Positions 46,244-53,588 of a stretch of 64,000 nucleotides of DNA are shown one piece after another (within the stretch, counting starts at the first letter, position 1; every line of letters starts with the position of its first letter). The notes under the pieces were generated by a model that had not been told where the DNA came from, searched no databases, and saw only the letters and a program-made list of their open reading frames with translations. This stretch comes from Clostridia bacterium (lineage in GTDB: Bacteria; Bacillota; Clostridia; UMGS1883), in contig JAZRTB010000078.1 of assembly GCA_045651805.1 (NCBI GenBank), positions 2,707 through 66,706 on the forward strand. The letters run 5' to 3'. A program made the position numbers and the translations under genes.

Positions 46244-47893
46244 ATGCACGAACTTAAACCAATGCTGTTTACGTGTCTTAAATCGTACAGCAAAGAAAAA
46301 CTGATTAAGGACATTGTTGCAGGTATAATTGTAGCAATTATTGCGCTTCCGCTTTCAATTGCTCTTGCTCTCGCCTCTGGAGTGGAGCCGCAGTACGGTA
46401 TTTATACTGCTATTGTGGCAGGCTTTTTGATTTCATTCCTTGGTGGTAGTACCGTACAGATTGCAGGTCCTACGGCGGCGTTTGCAACCATTGTTGCAGG
46501 AATCGTTGCGAAAAATGGTATGGATGGACTTGTGATAGCAACAATTATGGCAGGTATTATCCTTGTTATAATGGGTGTATGTAAGCTCGGCAAGCTTATT
46601 AAATTCATTCCTTACACAATAACAGCAGGCTTTACGGCAGGTATAGCCGTTACAATATTAATCGGTCAGCTGAAGGATTTCTTCGGTGTTACATATATGC
46701 ATGATGAGAAACCTATTGAGGCAATTGAGAAAATAGAGGCGCTTATTCATAATGCATCAACTATCAATTATCAGGCGATAATTGTTGGTGCTGTGTGTCT
46801 TCTTGTTCTTATCGTATGGCCGTTTATCAGTAAAAAAATCCCGGGTTCTCTTATTGCGGTATTTGCAGGTATCGCAATGGTGAAGCTTCTTAAAATGGAT
46901 GTCAACACAATCGGTATTCTTTATCCCAACCTTGCTGAAGGAAGTTCGCTTCCTGCATTCAGCCTTCCGTCTTTTGACCTTGGTATGGTGAAGGTTCTTT
47001 TGCCGGATGCGTTTACGATTGCAATTCTTGCGGCAATAGAATCGCTTCTGTCCTGCGTTGTTGCAGACGGTATGACGAATACAAAGCACCGCCCCAATGC
47101 GGAGCTTGTGGCGCAGGGTGTAGGTAATATAGGTAGTGCGCTCTTTGGCGGTATCCCTGCAACGGGTGCTATCGCAAGAACAGCGGCAAATATTAAAAAC
47201 GGTGGTTCAACCCCCATTTCAGGTATGGTGCACGCGGTAGTGCTTGTTCTTATGCTCGTTGTACTTATGCCTTATGCGGCACTTATTCCGATGCCCACTA
47301 TTGCGGCAATCCTCTTTATGGTTGCATATAATATGGGTCATTGGCATCAGTTTGTGCAGATTATAAAAACTGCTCCCAAAAGTGATACAGCCGTGCTTCT
47401 GATTACATTTGTTCTTACAATAGTATTTGACCTTGTTATTGCTATCGAAGTTGGCCTTGTGCTTGCATGCTTGCTCTTTATAAAGAGAATGACTGATGAG
47501 TCAAAGATTGTAGGATGGAAATATGCAGAAGAAGACACCGACGATTCTGAAAAACTCTGTACACTTCCCAAAGAAATCCGTGTATATGAAATTACAGGTC
47601 CGCTTTTCTTCGGCGTGGCAGACAATATCGCAAAAATCACAACAAAGGAATATACAAAGTGTCTTATTCTCCGTATGAGAAGTGTTCCTTCAATTGATGC
47701 GACTGCGATGAATTCTCTTGAAGAACTTTATGATAAGTGTAGTGAAAAGGGAATACGCGTTATTTTCTCTCACGTTAATGAACAGCCTATGCGCGTTATG
47801 GAAAAGGCAGGCTTTTATAAAAAGGTTGGTGCAGAGAATTTCTGCGACCATATTGATGATGCAATTATTGAAGCACAAAAAAAGCTTCAGTAA
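46244..47893 (+). CDS. SulP-family anion transporter with C-terminal STAS domain
   Basis: 549 aa. Polytopic N-terminal domain (IIALPLSIALALASGV, GIPATGAIARTAANIKNG) and a soluble STAS-like tail (VYEITGPLFFG...LRMRSVPSIDATA). Confidence 0.85.
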   Translation: MHELKPMLFTCLKSYSKEKLIKDIVAGIIVAIIALPLSIALALASGVEPQYGIYTAIVAGFLISFLGGSTVQIAGPTAAFATIVAGIVAKNGMDGLVIATIMAGIILVIMGVCKLGKLIKFIPYTITAGFTAGIAVTILIGQLKDFFGVTYMHDEKPIEAIEKIEALIHNASTINYQAIIVGAVCLLVLIVWPFISKKIPGSLIAVFAGIAMVKLLKMDVNTIGILYPNLAEGSSLPAFSLPSFDLGMVKVLLPDAFTIAILAAIESLLSCVVADGMTNTKHRPNAELVAQGVGNIGSALFGGIPATGAIARTAANIKNGGSTPISGMVHAVVLVLMLVVLMPYAALIPMPTIAAILFMVAYNMGHWHQFVQIIKTAPKSDTAVLLITFVLTIVFDLVIAIEVGLVLACLLFIKRMTDESKIVGWKYAEEDTDDSEKLCTLPKEIRVYEITGPLFFGVADNIAKITTKEYTKCLILRMRSVPSIDATAMNSLEELYDKCSEKGIRVIFSHVNEQPMRVMEKAGFYKKVGAENFCDHIDDAIIEAQKKLQ

Positions 47894-47924
47894 AATATAA
47901 AAATCCAATTAAGGAGGTGGCGGA

Positions 47925-48038
47925 ATGTCGTCATCAAAAAAACAAAGGAATTTAACAATTTTTATGGGAATCACCCGTGTTAAGAAGAGAGCTTACGGCA
48001 CGGGCACAACTCCGCCGCCCTGTTCTTCTTTATTTTAA
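47925..48038 (+). CDS. Possible 37-aa small basic protein or leader peptide (MSSSKKQRNLTIFMGITRVKKRAYGTGTTPPPCSSLF)
   Basis: Not in the supplied ORF track (too short). AAGGAGG at 47911..47917, 7 nt before ATG 47925, stop TAA 48036..48038. Lies between the SulP and DMT genes. Confidence 0.3.
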   Translation: MSSSKKQRNLTIFMGITRVKKRAYGTGTTPPPCSSLF

Positions 48039-48097
48039 ATTTGTATTTTGAAAACTGTATCTTGAAAATTAAATAATTAAATGAAGGAGAAATTATT

Positions 48098-49015
48098 ATG
48101 TGGTTTATTTTTGCTGTACTCACAGCTGTTTTATGGGGTGTTGCCGAACTCTTTTATAAAAAAGGTGCTCAGCCTCAGGAAAAATTCTCTCACCTGAAAA
48201 TCTGTGTTTGCGTAGGTATTGTAATGGGCATACATGCGATTTTCACACTTCTTACACAGGATATCAATTACAACCCTGTAAATCTTATCAAATATCTTCC
48301 TGTGTCAATGCTGTACATTGTATCTATGGCGTTTTCATACTTCGGTATGCGCTTTATTGAAGAATCTATATCCGACCCCATTGAAAACACATCAGGGGCG
48401 ATTTGTTCTTTGCTTTGCGTTATCTTTTTAGGGGACGTTCTTTCGTTGCCGGCGATAGTTGCTGTAGTGCTTATGCTTATAGGTGTCCTTGGAGTTGGCT
48501 TCCTTGAAAACAGGGGAGAAACCGTAAGAAAAAAAGTGCTCGGTAAGAAAATGGCTATTATCGCTTTCTGTATGCCTTTTGTTTATGCATTGCTTGATGC
48601 GGTAGGCACTTTCGCAGATGCTTTCTATCTTGACGATTTTGAAAAAACACCTCTTGTTGGTGTAACTGAAGAAACTCTTGAGGCAGTTGCGAATACAAGC
48701 TACGAATTGACCTTTGCAATCGTTGCACTTGTTTTATTTATATTTATGAAGCTGAAGAAAGTAAAGTTCGGCTCTGTTCCGAAGCAGAAGGATAAGTTCC
48801 TTGCCGCAATATTTGAAACTGCAGGTCAGTTTACATATGTGTATGCACTCAGCGGAAACGGCGCAGTTGCAGCGCCTATTCTTTCATCAGGCTGTATCGT
48901 GGCTTTGATTCTTTCAAGAATTTTCCTTAAAGAAAAACTCACACCAATGAAGTATTTGTTCATAACAATTGTAATTGTTGGCGTGCTTGTTCTTGCGGTA
49001 GTAGAGGGGCCGTAA
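48098..49015 (+). CDS. DMT-superfamily (EamA/GRP-like) transporter
   Basis: 305 aa, ~10 TM helices in two halves. SD GGAGA. Confidence 0.65.
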   Translation: MWFIFAVLTAVLWGVAELFYKKGAQPQEKFSHLKICVCVGIVMGIHAIFTLLTQDINYNPVNLIKYLPVSMLYIVSMAFSYFGMRFIEESISDPIENTSGAICSLLCVIFLGDVLSLPAIVAVVLMLIGVLGVGFLENRGETVRKKVLGKKMAIIAFCMPFVYALLDAVGTFADAFYLDDFEKTPLVGVTEETLEAVANTSYELTFAIVALVLFIFMKLKKVKFGSVPKQKDKFLAAIFETAGQFTYVYALSGNGAVAAPILSSGCIVALILSRIFLKEKLTPMKYLFITIVIVGVLVLAVVEGP

Positions 49016-49044
49016 GAAATGAAAGAAAAACTTGTAAATTTTTC

Positions 49045-49073
49045 TTGACATAGTACTTGATTTGTGGTATTAT
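49045..49073 (+). promoter_or_regulatory. Sigma-A promoter of the rplU operon (extended -10)
   Basis: TTGACA (49045..49050), a 17-nt spacer ending in TGG, then TATTAT (49068..49073). Confidence 0.65.
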
Positions 49074-49079
49074 ATCACA

Positions 49080-49145
49080 GTAACCGCGTAGAAGAGGCTT
49101 TAAATACGGTTTCGTAGCCTCAATAGCGAGTCTGTATAAACGGGA
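49080..49145 (+). promoter_or_regulatory. Probable ribosomal protein L21 leader RNA
   Basis: ~65-nt transcribed leader between the promoter and the rplU SD, in the position where Firmicutes carry the L21 leader. A GGCTTTAAATACGGTTTCGTAGCC stem-loop is visible. Not checked against a covariance model. Confidence 0.45.
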
Positions 49146-49155
49146 GGTGCAACAA

Positions 49156-49467
49156 ATGTACGCAGTAATTAAGACTGGTGGCAAGCAGTATCAGGTTAAG
49201 GTTGGCGATGTTGTTTTTGTAGAGAAGATCGAAGCAGAAGCAGGCGCTGAAATTAAGTTTGATCAGGTTCTTGCTGTTGGTGACGACGGTAAGTTCACAG
49301 CAGGTGCTCCTACAGTAGCAGGTGCAACTGTAAGTGCTAAGGTTCTCAGCCAGACAAAGGGCAAGAAGGTTATCGTTTACAAGATGAAGCCTAAGAAGGG
49401 CTACAGAAATAAGAACGGTCATCGTCAGCCTTACACAAAGGTTGAAATCACAGCAATCAATGCGTAA
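49156..49467 (+). CDS. rplU: 50S ribosomal protein L21
   Basis: [18 protein letters not shown]... is the canonical L21 N-terminus. ATG 49156 follows GGGAGG (the listed ORF starts at GTG 49147). Confidence 0.95.
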   Translation: MYAVIKTGGKQYQVKVGDVVFVEKIEAEAGAEIKFDQVLAVGDDGKFTAGAPTVAGATVSAKVLSQTKGKKVIVYKMKPKKGYRNKNGHRQPYTKVEITAINA

Positions 49468-49469
49468 TT

Positions 49470-49784
49470 ATGATTAAGTTTACTACGGTATTAAATACCG
49501 ACGGTAGCATCCGCAGGTTTACGGTGGACGGGCACAGCGGCTTTGCCGAAAGTGGTGAAGATATTGTTTGCGCGGCAGTTTCATCAACTGTATGGATGAC
49601 GATAAACGGCATTGAAAAGCAAAATCTTGCACGTCTTGAGTATGTTGAGCGTGACGGTTTTGTTGATTGCACAGTCGTGGAGAAATCCTCGGACGGTGCA
49701 GATGTACTGCTTAATTCTCTTGTTATGTTTATAGCGGAGCTTTCGGGGCAGTATAAAGAATTTTTGAAACTTACACAGGTTTAA
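49470..49784 (+). CDS. prp: Ribosomal-processing cysteine protease Prp
   Basis: 104 aa between rplU and rpmA. GHSGFAESGEDIVCAAVS carries the His/Cys dyad context. Confidence 0.85.
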   Translation: MIKFTTVLNTDGSIRRFTVDGHSGFAESGEDIVCAAVSSTVWMTINGIEKQNLARLEYVERDGFVDCTVVEKSSDGADVLLNSLVMFIAELSGQYKEFLKLTQV

Positions 49785-49811
49785 CCTGTATTTTGGAAGG
49801 AGTGAAACTTA

Positions 49812-50090
49812 ATGTTCGCATTAAATATTCAGTTGTTCGCTCATAAAAAGGGTGTTGGTTCTACAAAGAACGGTCGTGACAGTGAGTCTAAGCGTCTTGG
49901 CGCGAAGCGTGCTGATGGCCAGGCAGTTCTTGCCGGTAACATCCTCGTTCGTCAGAGAGGAACTAAAATTCATCCCGGTATCAATGTAGGTATTGGTAGC
50001 GATGATACCTTGTATGCTCTTGTTGACGGAAAAGTTAAGTTCGAGCGTAAGGGCAAGGATAAGAAGCAGGTAAGCGTTTACCCTGCATAA
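49812..50090 (+). CDS. rpmA: 50S ribosomal protein L27 (with Prp-cleaved N-terminal extension)
   Basis: [30 protein letters not shown]... shows the propeptide followed by AHKKG. Confidence 0.95.
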   Translation: MFALNIQLFAHKKGVGSTKNGRDSESKRLGAKRADGQAVLAGNILVRQRGTKIHPGINVGIGSDDTLYALVDGKVKFERKGKDKKQVSVYPA

Positions 50091-50102
50091 TTCAACAATT
50101 AA

Positions 50103-50134
50103 AGGCTCGGAATATTCCGGGCCTTTTTAATTTT
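50103..50134 (+). terminator. Rho-independent terminator after rpmA
   Basis: AGGCTCGG / CCGGGCCT stem (one G-U pair), loop AATATT, then TTTTAATTTT. Confidence 0.8.
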
Positions 50135-50168
50135 ATTAGAACATAATATTGATAAAGTGGTAATGTTG

Positions 50169-50360
50169 TCGATATACACGCTTTGCGTGATCGATATATT
50201 TTGCTTCACAAAATTCGATATAAACTCGCTGTGCTCGTTTTCGATATGATATAAATCTCGTTTTCGAAGAAAACATATCGAGTCCGAAGGACATATCGAA
50301 TTGCTTGCAATATATCGAAAATCTTGATAAAGATTTATATCGATGCAGAATCGCTATCGA
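50169..50360. promoter_or_regulatory. Array of nine TCGATAT / ATATCGA heptamers in convergent orientation upstream of obg
   Basis: TCGATAT at 50169, 50191, 50215 and 50241. ATATCGA at 50275, 50293, 50312 and 50337, plus CTATCGA at 50354. A TCGAAGA variant at 50264 sits at the switch point. Confidence 0.6.
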
Positions 50361-50397
50361 TTCTGCTTTATCACATCCGAAATAAGAGGTGAATGAA

Positions 50398-51663
50398 GTG
50401 TTTGTAGATAAGGCAAATATCACTATAAAAGCCGGCAACGGCGGAAACGGTCTTGTATCATTTCACAGAGAAAAATATGTTCCCGACGGCGGTCCCGACG
50501 GTGGTGACGGCGGCAGAGGCGGAAACATCATATTCAAGGCGGATAAGACTATATCCACCCTTATTGACTTTGCCCATAAAAAGACATTTACTGCCCGTAA
50601 CGGTGAGGACGGTAAGGCGCGTAACAGCTCCGGCAGAAAAGGTGAAGACCTTTACATCCTTGTTCCTGTAGGTACTGTTATTAAGGAAGCAACTACAGGC
50701 AGAGTTATGAAGGATATGTCAGAGGACGGCGAAGAATTTATTGCCGCAAAAGGTGGTAACGGCGGCTGGGGTAATGTGCATTTTGCAACTGCTACACGTC
50801 AGACACCCAAATTTGCAAAGGATGGTCTTAAAGGTCAGGAAAGAGAGCTTATTCTGGAGCTTAAGCTTATTGCGGATGTTGGTCTTGCAGGCTTCCCCAA
50901 TGTTGGTAAGTCAACTCTTCTTTCTGCTGTAAGTGCCGCACGCCCGAAAATTGCAAACTATCATTTCACCACACTTGAACCGAATCTTGGTGTAATCAAA
51001 ATGGGCGAGGGAAAGAGCTTTGTTATGGCGGATATTCCCGGTCTTATAGAGGGTGCACACGAGGGTATCGGTCTTGGTCACGAATTTTTAAGACATATTG
51101 AAAGAACACGTCTTATTGTTCATATCGTGGACGTTTCGGGTATTGAGGGAAGAAATCCTATCGAGGATTACGAGAAAATCAATAACGAGCTTTCTCTTTA
51201 CTCTGCATCCCTTGCAGAACGTCCCCAGATTGTTGTTGCAAATAAAACGGATATTATTCAGGATGAATCACTTCTTGAAGAGTTCCGCAAGTTTATAGAA
51301 GAAAAAGGTCTTAAGCTTTTTGAAATAAGTGCCGCGGCACACAAAGGCACAAAGGAGCTTATAAACTATGTTTCACAGATTCTTGACACTCTTGAACCTG
51401 TTGAAATTTACGAGGCAGACTTCGAGGAAGAAAACTTTGAGGAAGAGCCTTTTGAAGTTCGTAAAGAGGGCGACACTTACGTTGTCGAAGGTCCTTATAT
51501 TGAAAAACTTCTCCGTCATTGTAATTTTGAAGATGCGGAAAGTCTGCAGTATTTCCAGATTGCGCTTCGTCGTAAGGGTGTTATTGATGCACTTGAAAAC
51601 GCAGGTTGCGGTGAAGGCGATCCGGTAAGGATGTACGAACTTGAATTCGATTTCGAAGAATAA
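50398..51663 (+). CDS. obg: GTPase Obg/CgtA
   Basis: MFVDKANITIKAGNGGNG..., GFPNVGKST, DIPGLIEGA and NKTD motifs, plus a C-terminal TGS-like OCT domain. Preferred start is GTG 50398 after AAGAGGTG (the listed ORF starts at 50389). Confidence 0.95.
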   Translation: MFVDKANITIKAGNGGNGLVSFHREKYVPDGGPDGGDGGRGGNIIFKADKTISTLIDFAHKKTFTARNGEDGKARNSSGRKGEDLYILVPVGTVIKEATTGRVMKDMSEDGEEFIAAKGGNGGWGNVHFATATRQTPKFAKDGLKGQERELILELKLIADVGLAGFPNVGKSTLLSAVSAARPKIANYHFTTLEPNLGVIKMGEGKSFVMADIPGLIEGAHEGIGLGHEFLRHIERTRLIVHIVDVSGIEGRNPIEDYEKINNELSLYSASLAERPQIVVANKTDIIQDESLLEEFRKFIEEKGLKLFEISAAAHKGTKELINYVSQILDTLEPVEIYEADFEEENFEEEPFEVRKEGDTYVVEGPYIEKLLRHCNFEDAESLQYFQIALRRKGVIDALENAGCGEGDPVRMYELEFDFEE

Positions 51664-51754
51664 GCAGGCTGTGCCTGCACCCATGTCGCGCATTTGCAAA
51701 GTGCGGACATACTTGCACGCGCATTGATTATGTGCAATTAAGGAGGATTATTAT

Positions 51755-52054
51755 ATGCTTACATCTAAACAGCGTGCCTATCTTCGCGGATTGGCAAATA
51801 CAGAAAGAGCGATTTTCCAGATTGGTAAAGACGGTCTTAATGATGAAATTATAAAGGAACTTGATATAGTTCTCGAAAAACGTGAACTTATTAAGGTAAC
51901 TGTTCTTGAAACTTCATTTATGTCTGCAAGAGGTGCTTGCGAGGCGATTTGTGAAGAAATCGGTGCAGAACCCGTGCAGTGTATAGGTAATAAAGTTGTT
52001 GTATATCGCAGAGCAAAGGACAAAAATAATCGTAAAATAGAGCTTCCCAAATGA
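51755..52054 (+). CDS. yhbY: Ribosome assembly RNA-binding protein YhbY (CRM domain)
   Basis: LTSKQRAYLRGLANTERAIFQIGKDGLNDEI...LEKRELIKV. Confidence 0.85.
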   Translation: MLTSKQRAYLRGLANTERAIFQIGKDGLNDEIIKELDIVLEKRELIKVTVLETSFMSARGACEAICEEIGAEPVQCIGNKVVVYRRAKDKNNRKIELPK

Positions 52055-52063
52055 GGTAACAGT

Positions 52064-52624
52064 ATGCGAATCGGACTTTTTGGCGGTGCGTTCAATCCCT
52101 TTCATAACGGGCATCTTAAGATTGCAAAAACGGCTATAGATGCACAGAAACTTGATAAATTAATATTTATCCCAACGGGAAATGCTCCTCACAAAAAGGA
52201 AACGGCAATTTCCCGTACAGACAGACTTAATATGCTTAAACTCGCTATAGAAGGTGAGGATAAGATGTCTGTCAGCGATTATGAGATAACGAAGGATACT
52301 GTGTCCTATAGTGCGGATACAACGGAGTATTTTAAATCTCTTTATCCCGATGACGAGCTGTTTTTCATAATCGGCGATGACTCCTACAATCAGCTTTCTT
52401 CGTGGCGTGAGCCGGAGAGGATTATGAGGGTCGCAACACTTCTTGTTTTTCCCCGTGAAGGGGCAGAGGTAAAGCCTCCGGCAGTTGAAATTCCTATGGA
52501 AAGAGTGGAAATTTCATCAAGTGATGTCAGAGAAAAAATAAAGTTGGGAAAAGATTGCAGAAACTTATTGCCAAAAGCAGTTTTTGATTATATAATAAAA
52601 GGTAATCTATACAATTGTGAGTGA
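52064..52624 (+). CDS. nadD: Nicotinate-nucleotide adenylyltransferase
   Basis: GLFGGAFNPFHNGH (the HxGH-type motif) and ISSSDVREKI near the C-terminus. Confidence 0.9.
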   Translation: MRIGLFGGAFNPFHNGHLKIAKTAIDAQKLDKLIFIPTGNAPHKKETAISRTDRLNMLKLAIEGEDKMSVSDYEITKDTVSYSADTTEYFKSLYPDDELFFIIGDDSYNQLSSWREPERIMRVATLLVFPREGAEVKPPAVEIPMERVEISSSDVREKIKLGKDCRNLLPKAVFDYIIKGNLYNCE

Positions 52625-53214
52625 TTTTTTTGACAGAAAGCCAGATGATTGAAAAACTTAAGAGTACGCAGAAAGAACGCAGATTTAACCATACTCTTGG
52701 TGTTGCGGCGGAGGCGGAGCGTCTTGCTGTAAAATACGGCGTTGATAAGGACAAGGCTCGCCTTGCGGGACTTCTCCACGACTGTGCAAAAAACCTCGAC
52801 GAAAAAAGCGGAGAGGAGTTTTCTGCTATCTGCTCAAAATACGGAGTTGCACTTGATGAGCTTGCAAAGAAAGAGCGTGCACTTGTTCACGCGTTTCTTG
52901 GTGCGGCAGTTGCGTATAAGGATTACGGAGTGGATGATAATGAAATCCTTGAAGCGATTTATTACCACACCACAGCAAGGGCGAATATGACGCCTCTTGA
53001 AAAAATTGTTTACATAGCCGATATGACAGAACCGGGGCGCGAGCTTGAGCAGTCAAAGGAAATCCGCAGGCTTGCGGATATTGACCTTGATGAGGCGCTG
53101 ATTTACTCTATCGGTTGTTCTATAAAGCATGTAATAAAGAAAGGGACGCTTATTCATCCCGATTCTATACATGCTCTTAACTATCTCATTGAAAACAGGA
53201 GGAAAAATGCATGA
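52621..53214 (+). CDS. yqeK: HD-domain bis(5'-nucleosyl)-tetraphosphatase YqeK
   Basis: RFNHTLGVAAEAERLA, LHDCAK and YHTT motifs. Conserved position after nadD. The start may be ATG 52645. Confidence 0.85.
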   Translation: MIFLTESQMIEKLKSTQKERRFNHTLGVAAEAERLAVKYGVDKDKARLAGLLHDCAKNLDEKSGEEFSAICSKYGVALDELAKKERALVHAFLGAAVAYKDYGVDDNEILEAIYYHTTARANMTPLEKIVYIADMTEPGRELEQSKEIRRLADIDLDEALIYSIGCSIKHVIKKGTLIHPDSIHALNYLIENRRKNA

Positions 53215-53567
53215 CAGATCTTGAAAAAGTTCATAAACTTGCGAAAATTCTCGATATGAAAAAGGCTCGCAACCTTATTGCTCTTGACCTGTGTGGGCAG
53301 ACAATAATTGCGGACTATTTTGTAATATGTACGGCAGGTTCTCCTGCACAGATGAGTGCTCTTTTAGAGACCGCCTGCGAGGAAATGGCAAAGCTTGGCG
53401 AGCCTCCCGTAAAGAGTGAGGGTATGAAAAATCCCGACTGGGCACTTGTTGATTTTGACGGAGTAATGCTCCACATTTTCAGCACCCAGATGCGTGATTT
53501 TTACGGCCTTGATAACCTATGGGCAGATGCCGTAAAGATTGAGATAGACACTATTGACGAAGTATAA
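53211..53567 (+). CDS. rsfS: Ribosome silencing factor RsfS
   Basis: 118 aa. ADYFVICTAGSPAQMSAL...DWALVDFDGVMLHIF...R.FY.L..LW. Confidence 0.9.
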   Translation: MTDLEKVHKLAKILDMKKARNLIALDLCGQTIIADYFVICTAGSPAQMSALLETACEEMAKLGEPPVKSEGMKNPDWALVDFDGVMLHIFSTQMRDFYGLDNLWADAVKIEIDTIDEV

Positions 53568-53588
53568 AACCGAAAGGATTTGAATATA

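Noticed and set aside
50136-50438. 100-aa ORF on the minus strand covering the rpmA-obg spacer
   Set aside because: It has no SD, overlaps the obg start and SD, and its sequence is dominated by translation of the TCGATAT repeats. The heptamer array explains the region better.
53568-53588. T-box or other leader upstream of leuS, and upstream of thrC
   Set aside because: The spacers are only ~20 nt (rsfS-leuS) and 4 nt (leuS-thrC). The genes are evidently co-transcribed with the obg-yhbY-nadD block, leaving no room for a riboswitch.
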